A stretch of 64,000 bases of DNA from NCBI GenBank assembly GCA_033722155.1, contig JAWVZN010000001.1, positions 29,450 to 93,449 on the forward strand, written 5' to 3'. How positions within the stretch are numbered: the stretch's first letter is position 1; every line of letters starts with the position of its first letter. Shown here piece by piece: positions 19,560 to 31,262 of the stretch. The notes under the pieces are model-generated. The model was not told the origin of the DNA, did no database searches, and saw only the letters and a program-made list of their open reading frames with translations. This DNA is from Gemmatimonadota bacterium. GTDB lineage: Bacteria > Gemmatimonadota > Gemmatimonadetes > JACCXV01 > JAHWKZ01. The translations under genes were made by a program, and so were the position numbers.

Positions 19560-20059
19560 TACGGGGTACCGAACCTGGCGGCCAGGCGCTCCGCCACCAC
19601 GGGGGCGACGAACTCCCCCACGTCGCCACCCAGCCTGGCGACCTCCCGCACCAGGCTGGAGGAGAGGAAGGAGTAGGTCGCGTCGGGCGCCATGAACAGG
19701 ATCTCGATCTCCGGGGCGAGGCTCTTGTTCATGAGCGCCATCTGGAACTCGTATTCGAAGTCCGAGACCGCTCGCAGGCCTCTCAGGATCACGCGGGCCC
19801 CGACGCTCCGCGCGAACTCCACGGTGAGCCCCTCGAAACCCTCGACCCGGATCGGACCCTCCCCGCCCACCACCGCGCGGATCATCTCCACCCGCTCGTC
19901 GAGGCCGAAGAGGGGCTCCTTGGTGGTGTCCGCGGCGACCCCGACGACGAGCTCGTCCACCACCCGGAGGCTCCGCTCGATCAGGACCTCGTGGCCCCGG
20001 GTGATCGGGTCGAACGTGCCGGGGTACAGTCCGACGGTGGGATCGGTGTCGGCGCTCAT
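19559..20059 (-). CDS. coaD: phosphopantetheine adenylyltransferase
   Basis: MSADTDPTVGLYPGTFDPITRGHEVLIERS (the T/HxGH nucleotidyltransferase motif). The ATG at 20059 overlaps the rsmD stop as ATGA. Confidence 0.85.
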   Translation of the reverse strand: MSADTDPTVGLYPGTFDPITRGHEVLIERSLRVVDELVVGVAADTTKEPLFGLDERVEMIRAVVGGEGPIRVEGFEGLTVEFARSVGARVILRGLRAVSDFEYEFQMALMNKSLAPEIEILFMAPDATYSFLSSSLVREVARLGGDVGEFVAPVVAERLAARFGTP

Positions 20060-20595
20060 TCTCTCCAGAAGATACTCAATGCGGTGTCTCCGTAGCGACG
20101 CGTCTCGGTCTCCTCCGCCGCCCCGGTGGCGGACGGCTCGCGGTCGGCGGCGTGCTCCACCACGCAGGCTCTCGTCCACCACGGCCGCTCCACCACCTCG
20201 CGGAGGATCGGGTCGAGAGGCTCGGCGTAGGGGGGATCCGCGAAGACGAGGTCGAAGGGCTCGGCCGTGTCGTCCAGACGACGACAGAAGGCGAGGGCCT
20301 CGCCGCGGACCACCCGCACCCGCTCCTCGAGCCCCAGCGCGGCGAGGTTCGACTCGAGCGCGCCGAGCGCGCCGCCGGAGCGCTCCACGCACACGGCCTC
20401 GCGCGCCCCACGGCTCAACGCCTCGATGGATAGCGCCCCGGTTCCGGCGTAGAGGTCGAGCACCCGGGCGTCCTCCACCTCGCGGCCGAGGATCGAGAAG
20501 AGCGCCTCCCGGACGCGGGCGGCGGTGGGGCGCAGCCCCCGCGTTCCGGCGCTCTTCAGAGGGCGCCCGCCGTAGCGGCCGGCGATCACGCGCAG
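20056..20595 (-). CDS. rsmD: 16S rRNA (guanine966-N2)-methyltransferase
   Basis: LRVIAGRYGGRPLKSAGTRGLRPTAARVREALFSIL...VLDLYAGTGALSIEALSRGA...VFADPPY. The start is approximate (CTG or GTG at 20589-20595). Confidence 0.75.
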   Translation of the reverse strand: MRVIAGRYGGRPLKSAGTRGLRPTAARVREALFSILGREVEDARVLDLYAGTGALSIEALSRGAREAVCVERSGGALGALESNLAALGLEERVRVVRGEALAFCRRLDDTAEPFDLVFADPPYAEPLDPILREVVERPWWTRACVVEHAADREPSATGAAEETETRRYGDTALSIFWRE

Positions 20596-20614
20596 GGGCC
20601 GGCCTCCCGCGGGC

Positions 20615-22327
20615 TCATCCCGCGACCTGCACGTCCACCAGCCGGCCCTGGAGCGTGGCGCGGCCCAGATAGGTGTTCTCCCGCAGACGGCACGCGATCC
20701 GGAGCGAGCCGCGATGGAAGTCGAGCTCCTGGAGGAGCCCCCCGAGGTTGAAACCGATCGTGTCGAGGGTCCGCCCGCCGTCGGCCACGACCATCTTGAG
20801 ATGGTCCTCCCCCACGATCCGCGGGTAGCCCCGCGGCGAGACCCCCCGGATCGCCAGCACCGGCTCGGGGTTGCCGGGACCGTAGGGGGCGAACGCCTCC
20901 ATCGCCCGGTGGAAGCGCCGGTCCACCGCCCCGAGGTCGACCTCCAGGTCGATCGTGAGGCTCGGGACGAGCTGCCGGGGCCGGAGGGTCTTCGCCGCGT
21001 AGTCGAGGAACGCCCGGCGGAACGGCTCGACCGCCTCGCGCCGGATCGCCAGCCCGGCGGCGGCCCGGTGGCCGCCGCATGCGTCGAGATGGCGCCGGCA
21101 CGCCTGGAGCGCCTCGAGCAGGTGGAACCCAGCCACGCTCCTCGCGGAGCCACGCCCCCGCCCTTCCGCGTCGAGCGAGATGAGGATGGTGGGACGGTGG
21201 AACCGCTCCACCACCCGCGAGGCGACGATCCCCAGCACCCCCGGATGCCACCCCTCCCCCGCCAGCACGATCGCCCGCTCGCTCTCCGGGTCGCAGGTCG
21301 CCTCGATCGTCTCGAGCGCCTCCGCCAGCAGCTCGCGATCGGTGGCGCGCCGGCTCGCGTTGATCCTCTCGATCCGCCCCACGATCCGCTCCGCCTCGGC
21401 GGGGTCGTCGGTCAGCAGAAGCGCCACGCCCTGCTCCGCCACGTCCATCCGCCCGAGGGCGTTGAGCCGAGGAGCCAGCACGAAGCCGACCTGCCAGGAG
21501 GAGGGCCGCTCGCCGGAGAGCTCGGTCCGTTCGAGAAGGGCGCGAAGCCCGAGGTTGCGGGTGCGCGCCAGCCGGTCCAGCCCGTGGCGGATCAGGATGC
21601 GGTTCTCGCCGAGCACCGGCACCAGGTCGGCGACGGTTCCGAGCGCCACCAGGTCGAGCCCGCCGAGGAGGGTCTCCCGACCCCTCCCGGCCGCCCGCTC
21701 GAGGGCCTCGCACAGCTTGAACGCCACCCCGACCGCGGCCAGGTTCCGGTCCGGGTAGGTCGCGTCGGCGCGCTTGGGGTTCAGCACGCCGACCGCCTCG
21801 GGAAGCCTCGCGCCCGGCTCGTGGTGGTCGGTCACGATGACGTCGATGCCCGCGCGGTTCGCGGCGTCGATCTCGTCGACCGCGGTCACCCCGCAGTCGC
21901 AGGTGATCACGAGCCCTGCGCCCCGGCGCCGGATCGCCTCGACCCCGGCCATGGAGAGGCCGTAGCCGTCCTCGATGCGGTGGGGGATGTGGTACAGCGC
22001 CTCGGCCCCGCGCCACCGGAGGTAGCGGACGAGCAGCGCGGTGGCCGTGATCCCGTCGACGTCGTAGTCCCCGTGAACGACGATCGTCTCGCCGCCGGCG
22101 ATCGCGCGCTCGATCCGCGGGACCACCGCCTCCATGTCGCGCATCAGGAAGGGGTCGTGGAGCCGGTCGAGAGAGGGCTCGAAGAAGCCGCGGGCCTTCT
22201 CCACGTCGTCGAGTCCCCGCCGCACCAGCAGCTCGGCGATCGGGACCGGCACCCGGAGGGCACCGGCCAGCGTCCGGGCCACTCGCTCGTCCACCGGGTC
22301 GGGCCAACTCCAGCTCGGTCGCTGCAC
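20615..22327 (-). CDS. recJ: single-stranded-DNA-specific exonuclease RecJ
   Basis: IVVHGDYDVDGITATALL...VITCDCGVTAVDEI...DVIVTDHH (DHH and DHHA1 motifs). The start is approximate: a GTG (VQRPSWSW) at 22327, downstream of the rnpB 3' end. The ORF-track Met at 22450 lies inside rnpB. Confidence 0.85.
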   Translation of the reverse strand: MQRPSWSWPDPVDERVARTLAGALRVPVPIAELLVRRGLDDVEKARGFFEPSLDRLHDPFLMRDMEAVVPRIERAIAGGETIVVHGDYDVDGITATALLVRYLRWRGAEALYHIPHRIEDGYGLSMAGVEAIRRRGAGLVITCDCGVTAVDEIDAANRAGIDVIVTDHHEPGARLPEAVGVLNPKRADATYPDRNLAAVGVAFKLCEALERAAGRGRETLLGGLDLVALGTVADLVPVLGENRILIRHGLDRLARTRNLGLRALLERTELSGERPSSWQVGFVLAPRLNALGRMDVAEQGVALLLTDDPAEAERIVGRIERINASRRATDRELLAEALETIEATCDPESERAIVLAGEGWHPGVLGIVASRVVERFHRPTILISLDAEGRGRGSARSVAGFHLLEALQACRRHLDACGGHRAAAGLAIRREAVEPFRRAFLDYAAKTLRPRQLVPSLTIDLEVDLGAVDRRFHRAMEAFAPYGPGNPEPVLAIRGVSPRGYPRIVGEDHLKMVVADGGRTLDTIGFNLGGLLQELDFHRGSLRIACRLRENTYLGRATLQGRLVDVQVAG

Positions 22328-22377
22328 GTCCGCTCCGGGGCGCGGGGGTGGATGATCGGGATGAGTCGATGGATGGG

Positions 22378-22793
22378 GGGCGCAGGAGCCGGACCGGCGA
22401 TAAGCCGGGTTCTGTCCCGCTCCCGCGGTCACGGGAGCGGGGACGGCCATCGATCTGCGCGGCCTACCCGGGAGTCGAGCGCGGCGAGCCGCCGCATCCT
22501 CCCCTACGTGGCCTTGCTCCGGACGGGGTTTGCCGTGCCGCTCCGCTCGCGCGGAGGCGCGGTGGGCTCTTACCCCACCGTTTCACCCTTGCCTGGCCGG
22601 CTTCCTTCCGGAAGCGGGCCCTCGGCGGTCTCGTCTCTGTGGCACTTTCCGTCGCCCCGAAGGGCGCCTCGCGTCCGCCCGCGGCCGAGGCCGCGCGCTT
22701 CGCGAGCGTCCAGCTCTGCGGAGCCCGGACTTTCCTCCGGGGCTCCGCTTCCGCGGAGCCCCGGCGGCCGTCTGCCGGCCCGGCTCCTGCGCC
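22378..22793 (-). ncRNA. rnpB: RNase P RNA (bacterial type A)
   Basis: The reverse complement contains GGAGGAAAGTCCGGGCTCC, GGTGAAACGGTGGGGTAAGAGCCCACC, GTCCGGAGCAAGGCCA and ACAGAACCCGGCTTATCG. The P1 stem pairs GGCGCAGGAGCCGGGCCGGC at the 5' end with GCCGGTCCGGCTCCTGCGCC at the 3' end. Confidence 0.9.
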
Positions 22794-22852
22794 GTATACA
22801 AGATGCGGTTCCGGCGGCCCGAGCGCCACCCTCCGGCCCCCGGCGATGCGGG

Positions 22853-23284
22853 TCAGGCTTCGCCCGAAGCTTCGCCCTCCAGAGCGTAGGCGTCGATCGC
22901 CTGGTTGGCGAGGGCGTCGGCGTCCCGGTTCTCCTCGCGGTCCACGTGGCGGATCGTCCACCCCGCCGCTCTCGAGAGGCGGCGGGTGGCGCGGCGATGT
23001 CGCTCGAGCAGGCCGGGGTTCTTGACCCGGTACTCCCCGTTGAGCTGGCGGACCAGCAGCTCGGAGTCGGAGTAGACGGTGAGGGTCGTCTCCGAATCGG
23101 GGTCGACGGCCTCGAGGGCCCGGATCAGCGCCTCGTACTCCGCCTGGTTGTTCGTCCTCTCCCCGAGGTAGGCGCACCCGTCCTCGACCACCGTCCCCTC
23201 CGGCGTCTCCACGACCCACCCCGCGCCGGCCGGCCCGGGGTTCCCGCGCGCGGCCCCGTCCACTCTCAGCGTGAGCCTCCGCAC
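22853..23284 (-). CDS. rnhA: ribonuclease HI
   Basis: LTLRVDGAARGNPGPAGAGWVV...NNQAEYEALIRALE...LTVYSDSELLVRQLNGEY (the RNase H DEDD residues). The start is approximate; the ORF-track start at 23311 overlaps the zinc-ribbon gene. Confidence 0.8.
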   Translation of the reverse strand: MRRLTLRVDGAARGNPGPAGAGWVVETPEGTVVEDGCAYLGERTNNQAEYEALIRALEAVDPDSETTLTVYSDSELLVRQLNGEYRVKNPGLLERHRRATRRLSRAAGWTIRHVDREENRDADALANQAIDAYALEGEASGEA

Positions 23285-23288
23285 GCGA

Positions 23289-24050
23289 TCAGCGGGCGTC
23301 GGCCGATTCACCGGCGGCCTCGGCGGCCCCCGTCCCGGACCCGCCCGGCTCGGTGTAGACGAGCACCCCGCACGCCTCGCACGGATGGAGGGCTCCGTCG
23401 TGGGTGATCTCTCGCACCACCTGCGGGGGGAGCCGCCCGTAGCACGCCCCGCACGCCTGGCCGCGAAGCGGCACCAGCGCGGGGAAGCGGCGGCGCCGAC
23501 GAAGCCGTCGATACAGCTGCCGAAGGCGGGAATCCACCCGCTCTGCGAGCTCTTCGCGCCGCTCCCGCTTCTCCTTCAGGGCGGCCTCGACCTCGTTCTC
23601 CTCGGCCGCGAGGGCGTCCAGCTCGTCGGCGGCCGACGCGCGCTTCTCGTCGAGCTCGACGTCGATCTCCTCGAGCCGCTCCTCGTGCTCCTCGCGCTGC
23701 TCCATCAGCTCCAGGATCTCCTCCTCGAGCTCCTCCACCTTCCGCTTCGCGCCCTGGATCTCGGTGAGCAGGGCGCTGTACGCCACGTTCGTCTTCACCT
23801 CGTTCAGCTGGTTCTCGTACCGCTCGAGCTGGCTTCTCTCGGTCTCCAGCTCGCTCTCCCGCTGACGCCGGTCCAGCCGGATGCGCTCGAGCGCGTCCTG
23901 GAGCCTCGACTGCTCCTCCTCCAGCGCGGTGATCTCCTGCGCCGCCTCCGCCCGCCGGCGCGGGATCTCCTCGCGGCGCTCCTCCAGCGCCACGATCTCC
24001 ATGTCCACCTCCTGCAGCGCCAGGAGGCGATCCAGCTTCTCCTCGCTCAT
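23289..24050 (-). CDS. zinc-ribbon domain protein (COG1579 family), with coiled coil and a C-terminal CxxC...CxxC
   Basis: MSEEKLDRLLALQEVDMEIVALEERREEIPRR... long heptad region ...RFPALVPLRGQACGACYGRLPPQVVREI...HPCEACGVLVY. It lies in the conserved RNase H / zinc-ribbon neighbourhood seen in other bacterial genomes. Confidence 0.8.
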   Translation of the reverse strand: MSEEKLDRLLALQEVDMEIVALEERREEIPRRRAEAAQEITALEEEQSRLQDALERIRLDRRQRESELETERSQLERYENQLNEVKTNVAYSALLTEIQGAKRKVEELEEEILELMEQREEHEERLEEIDVELDEKRASAADELDALAAEENEVEAALKEKRERREELAERVDSRLRQLYRRLRRRRRFPALVPLRGQACGACYGRLPPQVVREITHDGALHPCEACGVLVYTEPGGSGTGAAEAAGESADAR

Positions 24051-24206
24051 CGCCTCGTCCTCTCGTATGGAGCCAAAAAAAGAAGGTGCGCCTGGCGGCA
24101 CACCTTCGATGGATACGGGCCCGTCGCCGCACGCCCTCGCGGCGGCAGCGGTCGAACTCCTCTATTCAACGGGCTTCGTCAGAATCGAACCGTTCCGAAC
24201 CGTGGG

Positions 24207-24283
24207 TGGTGGGCGGTGCTGGATTCGAACCAGCGACCTCCTGCATGTGAGGCAGGCACTCTGACCGACTGAGCTAACCGCCC
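24207..24283 (-). tRNA. tRNA-Val (anticodon CAC), with encoded CCA
   Basis: The reverse complement is GGGCGGTTAGCTCAGTCGGTCAGAGTGCCTGCCTCACATGCAGGAGGTCGCTGGTTCGAATCCAGCACCGCCCACCA. The anticodon stem is CCTGC/GCAGG with loop CTCACAT. Confidence 0.8.
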
Positions 24284-24355
24284 GAACCTCCGTCGAACGT
24301 AGAAAAATACCGTCGGGGGGAACCCCCGTCAACGAGCGGAAACGCCTCCGGCCGA

Positions 24356-24428
24356 TGGGCCCGGCTGGATTCGAACCAGCGACCCACGGATTATGAGTCC
24401 GGTGCTCTGACCGCTGAGCTACGGGCCC
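24356..24428 (-). tRNA. tRNA with CAT anticodon (elongator Met, or Ile2 read by lysidine), with encoded CCA
   Basis: The reverse complement is GGGCCCGTAGCTCAGCGGTCAGAGCACCGGACTCATAATCCGTGGGTCGCTGGTTCGAATCCAGCCGGGCCCA. The anticodon loop is CTCATAA. Met and Ile2 cannot be told apart by eye. Confidence 0.75.
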
Positions 24429-24610
24429 CTCGGCCGTCGCCACCCCGTCCCGGGGACGGGTGCGGACGGAAAAAAATACCCGTTTCACCGGCCCGACACT
24501 AGCGTGACCTCGCCGCGCGGTACGACCGGCGGATCACGGCGCGGATGGGGACGGCCGCAGAGGGGCTCCGGCGGGCCTTCCGCGGCGACCAGCCGCGAAG
24601 GAGAGAACCC

Positions 24611-26083
<1,473 letters not shown>

Positions 26084-26157
26084 CCGGCGCTGCCTTGTAG
26101 GAAGAATCGGGCGCGGTCGCGTGCGAGCGCCAAGGTACGCTCGCCTATCCTTCGTTG

Positions 26158-27999
26158 TCAAACCTGTTCGTCTCGCTCGCCTCGCGGTCCCCCTCTGGCG
26201 CCGAAGCGCCCCGGGGCGATGCGCCGCCGGGCCTCCCGGCGCTTGAGCGCGTCGACGAGCGGATCGCCCGTCGGCTCCACGTCGCTCTCGAGCACCCCCC
26301 GTTCGAGCGCCCGCTGGAGGATCCGCTCCAGGCTCTCCCGGAAGGTGCGGTCGGACAGCTCGAACTCCTCCTCGCTCCCCCGGGCCATCTCGCCCCGCAG
26401 CATCTCGACCCGCGCGAGCACGGCCTGGATCTCCGGATCTCCGCTGGTGCGAAGCGTCTCGATCGCCTCCCCGCCGCGCTCCTCCCGAAGCTCCGCCAGC
26501 CGTTCGAAGAGACCGGCGTACGCCTCGACCGTGAAGTACTCCGGCCGGCACCGCTCCACCAGCTCCTCGAGCCAGCCGACGTCGGTGACGGCGTGGAGCA
26601 GCAGGTAGCGCTCGTCCTGTCTCTCGGGCAACCGGATCCCGGAACCGGCGAAGCGGCCCCGGGGAGGTCGCGAACGCCCCTCCTCCGACTCCGTCCTCCG
26701 GACGGGCCGTTCGCCGCCCGGCCGCGACGGCTCGGGCAGCTCCAGGGTCCCTCGGGCCACCCCGAGCTCGCCGGACACCTTGTCCAGATACAGACTCCGG
26801 GTCATCGGGTCGGGGACCTTCGCCACCGACTCCAGCAGGCGGCGGATGGCCCGCCGCTTCTTCATCACGTCGCCCAGATCCACCCGCTCCTTCACGATCC
26901 CGATCTTCGCCTCTATCACGTCGGCGCTCTCCTCGAGGCGCTCGCGGAAGGCGCCGGCGCCCCCCTCGGCCACGAGGGAGTCCGGATCCTCGCCCTCGGG
27001 CAGGCGGACGATCCGGACCGAGAACCCCGCCCCCAGCAGGAGGTCGCCGGCCTTGAAGGCGGACCGCTCGCCTGCGGAGTCTCCGTCGTACGCCACGTAG
27101 GCGGTCGCGGTGTACCGCTTCAGCACGCGGGCCTGCTCGGCGGCGAACGAGGTTCCCAGCGGGGCCACCACGTTGCGCCAGCCGGCCCCGTGGACGGCGA
27201 GCACGTCGAAGTTCCCCTCCACCAGGATCGCCGCCCCCGCCCTCCGGATCGGGGCCCGGGCCAGATCGAGGTTGTACAGGGTGCGCCCCTTGGTGAAGAT
27301 CGGAGTATCGGGGGAGTTGAGGTATTTCGGCTCCTCGTCGTCCAGGCGCCGGCCCGACAGGCCGAGGACCTTCCCGGTGGTCGAGCGGATCGGGAAGATC
27401 AGCCGACCCCGGAAGCGGTCGTACAGCCCGCCGGTCTTCTCGCTGCGCGCCATCAGCCCGGACCGCACCATCTCGCCGGGCTCGATCTCCTGGCGGCGCG
27501 CCTCCTCGGCGAGCGCCTCCCACTCGTCGGGGGCCCATCCCAGCAGGAACGTCTCCCACGCCTCGCGCCCGAGCCCCCGCTCCTCCAGGTACGCGCGCGC
27601 GCCGGCGGCGTCCTCGGACTCGAGCAGGCGGCGGTGGTAGAAGTCCGCCGCGAGGCGGTTCGCGAAGTAGAGGGGTGCGTGGGGATCGGAGCCGGAGGTG
27701 CGCTCCTCGGGGATCTCGACCCCCGCCCGCTCGGCCAGCTCCCGGACCGCCTCGGGAAACTCCATCTTCTCGTGCTCCATGAGGAAGGTGAAGACGTTCC
27801 CCCCCGCCTGGCAGCCGAAGCAGTAGTACATCTGCTTCTCGGGGGTGACGTTGAAGGAGGGCGTCTTCTCGGCGTGGAAGGGACACAGGCCCACCCAGTT
27901 CTTGCCGCGCTTCTTCAGCTCCACGAACTGGCCGATCACCTCGACGATGTCGGTGCGGTCGCGCACCTCCTCGATCGCGTGCTCCGGAATGCCGGCCAC
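26158..27999 (-). CDS. dnaG: DNA primase
   Basis: Zinc finger [30 protein letters not shown], the TOPRIM region [16 protein letters not shown]...VAYDGDSAG, and a DnaB-binding C-terminus. GTG start at 27999, just after the mutS2 stop. The ORF-track fusion to 30402 is an artefact. Confidence 0.9.
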   Translation of the reverse strand: MAGIPEHAIEEVRDRTDIVEVIGQFVELKKRGKNWVGLCPFHAEKTPSFNVTPEKQMYYCFGCQAGGNVFTFLMEHEKMEFPEAVRELAERAGVEIPEERTSGSDPHAPLYFANRLAADFYHRRLLESEDAAGARAYLEERGLGREAWETFLLGWAPDEWEALAEEARRQEIEPGEMVRSGLMARSEKTGGLYDRFRGRLIFPIRSTTGKVLGLSGRRLDDEEPKYLNSPDTPIFTKGRTLYNLDLARAPIRRAGAAILVEGNFDVLAVHGAGWRNVVAPLGTSFAAEQARVLKRYTATAYVAYDGDSAGERSAFKAGDLLLGAGFSVRIVRLPEGEDPDSLVAEGGAGAFRERLEESADVIEAKIGIVKERVDLGDVMKKRRAIRRLLESVAKVPDPMTRSLYLDKVSGELGVARGTLELPEPSRPGGERPVRRTESEEGRSRPPRGRFAGSGIRLPERQDERYLLLHAVTDVGWLEELVERCRPEYFTVEAYAGLFERLAELREERGGEAIETLRTSGDPEIQAVLARVEMLRGEMARGSEEEFELSDRTFRESLERILQRALERGVLESDVEPTGDPLVDALKRREARRRIAPGRFGARGGPRGERDEQV

Positions 28000-28001
28000 C
28001 G

Positions 28002-30392
28002 TCAGCCGTCCTCCTCCTCTCCTCCGTCCTCCAGGGAGACGATCGTGACCCCGTTTCCCCCCTCGTTCCACCGTCCCACCCGGAACGAGCGGACGTAGGG
28101 GTGGTTCTCCAGAAGCTCCGCCACCCGGCGGCGCAGGACGCCGCTTCCCTTTCCGTGGATGAAGCGGATCCTCGAGCGGCCCGTATGGTAGGCGCTCTCC
28201 AGCGCGCCCGCGACCGGGAACCCCACCTCGGCGGCCCGCATGCCGCGCAGGTCCACCTCGTACGGCAGGCCCCCGTCGGCCTCCGCGGCCTCGCCCGCCT
28301 CGGGCCGGGTGGCGGCGGTCGCCGGGGCGGACGGCTCCTCCTCGGTGGGCTCGACGAGCTCGCACTCGGAGGCCTCGCAGGCGATCCGGACCTGGCCGGC
28401 CCGCACGGTCGCGGCGGCCTCCTGGCGGTCGACCTCCACCACCTCCCCCTCCAGGTCGTAGCGGGGGATGCGGACCCGGTCGCCGACCCGGAGGATCGGG
28501 GCTTCCTTCTCTCCCCGGACCTTCCGGAGCGCCTCCCGCTCGGAACGGAGCGCCTCGGCGGCGCTCTCCGCCTCCTGCGCCAGCGCCCGGGAGGCCTCCG
28601 CCGCCGCCTCTGCCTCGGCGAGCTCGGCGGTGCGCTGCTCGAGCTTCCGGCGGTGGCGGCGGAGCTCGGCGCGGAGACCGGAGAGCTGCTCCTCGAGCTC
28701 GCCCAGCCGCCTCTCGGCGGCCTCCCGCCGCTCGGAGGCCTCCCGGGCCATCTCGCGTGCGCGCGCCGACTCGGCCTCGCCGATCGCCTTCTTCTCCCGC
28801 TCCAGCGCCCGTCGGGCCTCGCGGTGGGCCCGCTCCTCGGCCACCAGCCCGTCGATCACGCGGTCGAGGTCCCGCACCCCGCTCTCGAGGTGCTCGCGGG
28901 CGCGCTCGACCACCTCCTCGAAGCCCCATGTCTCCGCCAGGTCGAGCCCGAACGAGCGGCCGGGAACGCCCTGGAGGAAACGGTAGCGGGGAAGGTTCTT
29001 CTCGATGTCGTAGGCGAGGGAGCCGTTCACCATCCCGGGGGTCGCCGCCGCCAGCGCCTTGAGGGCGTGGAAATGGGTGGTGACGACGGTGCGGACCCCG
29101 CGCTCGACCCACGCCTCGAGAAGGGCGGAGGCGAGCGCCGCTCCCTCGGCGGGGTCGGTCGAGCCCCCGATCTCGTCGACGAGCACGAGGCTCTCCGGGC
29201 CCGCCCCCTCCCAGGCCGCCCGCAGGCGCGAGAGGTGGGCGGTGAAGCTGGAGAGGTCCTGGGCGATCGACTGGGCGTCCCCGATGTCCGCCCACACCCG
29301 GTCCTGCCACGGGAGGCGGGTCCCGGCACCGCTCGGAGGCACGATGCCCGACTGGGCCATCAGGACCAGGCACCCGATCGTCTTCAGCAGGACGGTCTTG
29401 CCGCCGGTGTTGGGCCCCGAGACCACGAGGACCCGCTCCCCGGGCTCGAGCGTGAGCTCGAGCGGGACCACCTCGCCCGGCTCCTCCGCCCGGGCCCGGG
29501 CCAGCAGCAGGGGGTGCCGGGCGCCGGCGATCTCCAGGGTGTCGCCGCCGATATCGGGCGGGCTCCCGTTCGTCTCGAGGGCGTAGCGCGAGCGGGCCAG
29601 GACGGTCTCGGCGTGGAGCGCGAGGCGGGCGGCGTGCTCGAGCTCGCCGCGACGCTCCGCCAGCGCGGCGGTCAGCTCGCGCAGGATCCGTTCCTCCTCG
29701 CGCCGGGCCGCCAGCTCCGCCCCCCGGAGGGCGTTGTTGCGCTCCACCACCTCGCGGGGCTCCAGGAACACGGTGGCTCCCGAGGCCGACTCGTCGTGGA
29801 CGATCCCCGGCACCTCGCCCAGCGCCTCCCGGCGGAGCGGAACGACGTAGCGTCCCTCCCGCACCGTCGGCCGGCTGTCGGAGGCGACCAGCACGTGCGG
29901 CAGGCGGTCGAGCAGGGCCTCGAGGACCTCCACCAGGCGGGAGCGTTGGGTCCGGACCTCGCTGCGCCTCCGCTTCAGATCGGGGCTCGCCTCGTCGAGC
30001 AGCCTGGCCTCGGAGTCGAACACGTCGAGGATCCGACGCTCCAGGTCCCGCTCGGAGGGAGCGGCGGAGAGACGCTCCGCCAGGCGGGGCCATCGATCGG
30101 CGTCGCGCCGCACGTGCCGGGCGAATTTGCGGATGCCCTCGAGCGTACGCGCCGAGGAGATCAGCTCCTCGCCGCCGAGCACGCTCCCCTCGACGCCGAG
30201 CGCGCGGACGGTGCGCTCCTGGTCCACCACGTAGGGGGGGGGATAGCCCGGGTCGGCCGAAATCAGGTCCATCCCCTCGGCCACCTCGGCGAGCGCCTGG
30301 CGGGCGGCCTCCGGCCCCGCCAGGGGACGCCACTCCATCAGCGCGTCCCGCGCGGGCTCCGCGGAGGTCATCCCGGCTACGAGCGCGCACAC
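28002..30392 (-). CDS. mutS2: endonuclease MutS2 (MutS family with C-terminal Smr domain)
   Basis: [18 protein letters not shown] (Walker A) ...[16 protein letters not shown]... long coiled coil ...C-terminal Smr [15 protein letters not shown]...[16 protein letters not shown]. Confidence 0.9.
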   Translation of the reverse strand: MCALVAGMTSAEPARDALMEWRPLAGPEAARQALAEVAEGMDLISADPGYPPPYVVDQERTVRALGVEGSVLGGEELISSARTLEGIRKFARHVRRDADRWPRLAERLSAAPSERDLERRILDVFDSEARLLDEASPDLKRRRSEVRTQRSRLVEVLEALLDRLPHVLVASDSRPTVREGRYVVPLRREALGEVPGIVHDESASGATVFLEPREVVERNNALRGAELAARREEERILRELTAALAERRGELEHAARLALHAETVLARSRYALETNGSPPDIGGDTLEIAGARHPLLLARARAEEPGEVVPLELTLEPGERVLVVSGPNTGGKTVLLKTIGCLVLMAQSGIVPPSGAGTRLPWQDRVWADIGDAQSIAQDLSSFTAHLSRLRAAWEGAGPESLVLVDEIGGSTDPAEGAALASALLEAWVERGVRTVVTTHFHALKALAAATPGMVNGSLAYDIEKNLPRYRFLQGVPGRSFGLDLAETWGFEEVVERAREHLESGVRDLDRVIDGLVAEERAHREARRALEREKKAIGEAESARAREMAREASERREAAERRLGELEEQLSGLRAELRRHRRKLEQRTAELAEAEAAAEASRALAQEAESAAEALRSEREALRKVRGEKEAPILRVGDRVRIPRYDLEGEVVEVDRQEAAATVRAGQVRIACEASECELVEPTEEEPSAPATAATRPEAGEAAEADGGLPYEVDLRGMRAAEVGFPVAGALESAYHTGRSRIRFIHGKGSGVLRRRVAELLENHPYVRSFRVGRWNEGGNGVTIVSLEDGGEEEDG

Positions 30393-30439
30393 CGCGTCCC
30401 ACTCGAGCGCGTCCAGCGTGGCGTCGTCGATCTCCGGTC

Positions 30440-30886
30440 TCAGGCGAGCCGCTCCCTCACCCGGCGGCTCACCTCGGCCCCCTGGGCGCGCCCCTTGACC
30501 CGGGGCATCACCCGGCCCATCACCGCTCCCATCTGGCCGGGGTCGGTGGCGCCGGTCTCCTCGATCGCCTCGTCGATGATCCGGTCGAGCTCCTCGTCGG
30601 AGAGCGGCTCGGGGAGATACGCCTGCACGATTTCCGCCTCGGCGGCCTCCCGCTCGGCCAGCTCCTCGCGTCCGGCCTCCCGGTACTGCTCCTCCGCCTC
30701 CCGCCGCTGCTTCCGGGCGCGGAAGAGCACCTCGACCGCCTCCTCGTCCTCGAGCTCGCGCCCGAGGTCGATCCGTCGGTTCTTCAGCTCGCTGGAGAGC
30801 ATGCGCAGGGTGGAGACGCGCAGCTTCTCGCCGGCCTTGAGCGCCGAATTCAGGTCCTCCTGGATCCGCTCCAGTATCTCGCTCAT
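30440..30886 (-). CDS. GatB/YqeY domain protein
   Basis: MSEILERIQEDLNSALKAGEKLRVSTLRMLSSELKNRRIDL...DPGQMGAVMGRVMPRVKGRAQGAEVSRRVRERL. Confidence 0.8.
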   Translation of the reverse strand: MSEILERIQEDLNSALKAGEKLRVSTLRMLSSELKNRRIDLGRELEDEEAVEVLFRARKQRREAEEQYREAGREELAEREAAEAEIVQAYLPEPLSDEELDRIIDEAIEETGATDPGQMGAVMGRVMPRVKGRAQGAEVSRRVRERLA

Positions 30887-30914
30887 CCTTCCCCCTCTCC
30901 CGACGGGCCCGCTC

Positions 30915-31262
30915 CTATCCCGGAGGCCACCGCATCGCGCGCCCGCCCAGCAGATGGAGGTGGACGTGCCAAACGCTCTGTCCGGCGCCCTCGTTGCAGT
31001 TGAACACCAGCCGATATCCCGATTCGGCGATCCCCTCCTCCGCCGCGACCCCGGCGGCGGCCCGGACCAGCCGACCCACCAGCTCGTCGTGCTCGCCCCC
31101 GAGGTCGTTCACCGTTTCCACGTGCCGGGTGGGGATCACCAGAACGTGGGTCGGGGCCTGGGGGTTGATGTCGCGGAACGCCACCCAGCCGTCGCCCTCG
31201 GCGACGACCTCGGCGTCCACCTCGCCGGCGGCGATCCGGCAGAACAGGCAACCTTCGCTCAT
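30915..31262 (-). CDS. HIT family protein (histidine triad nucleotide-binding)
   Basis: MSEGCLFCRIAAGE...NINPQAPTHVLVIPTRH...VWHVHLHLLGG (HxHxHxx triad). ATG at 31262. The ORF-track upstream extension is G/R-rich and an artefact. Confidence 0.85.
   Translation of the reverse strand: MSEGCLFCRIAAGEVDAEVVAEGDGWVAFRDINPQAPTHVLVIPTRHVETVNDLGGEHDELVGRLVRAAAGVAAEEGIAESGYRLVFNCNEGAGQSVWHVHLHLLGGRAMRWPPG

Noticed and set aside
22348-23025. ORFs lying on the RNase P RNA gene: 22348..23025 +, 22464..23219 -, 22530..22889 + and 22583..22801 -.
   Set aside because: The region carries all the universal RNase P RNA motifs and P1 pairing. The ORFs have R/G/P-rich junk composition.
24207-24428. Possible integrated element next to the tRNA-Val/tRNA-Met pair.
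   Set aside because: The flanks are housekeeping genes (zinc-ribbon protein, rnhA, rnpB, recJ on one side; rpoD, dnaG on the other). There is no integrase, no direct repeat of a tRNA 3' end and no GC shift.
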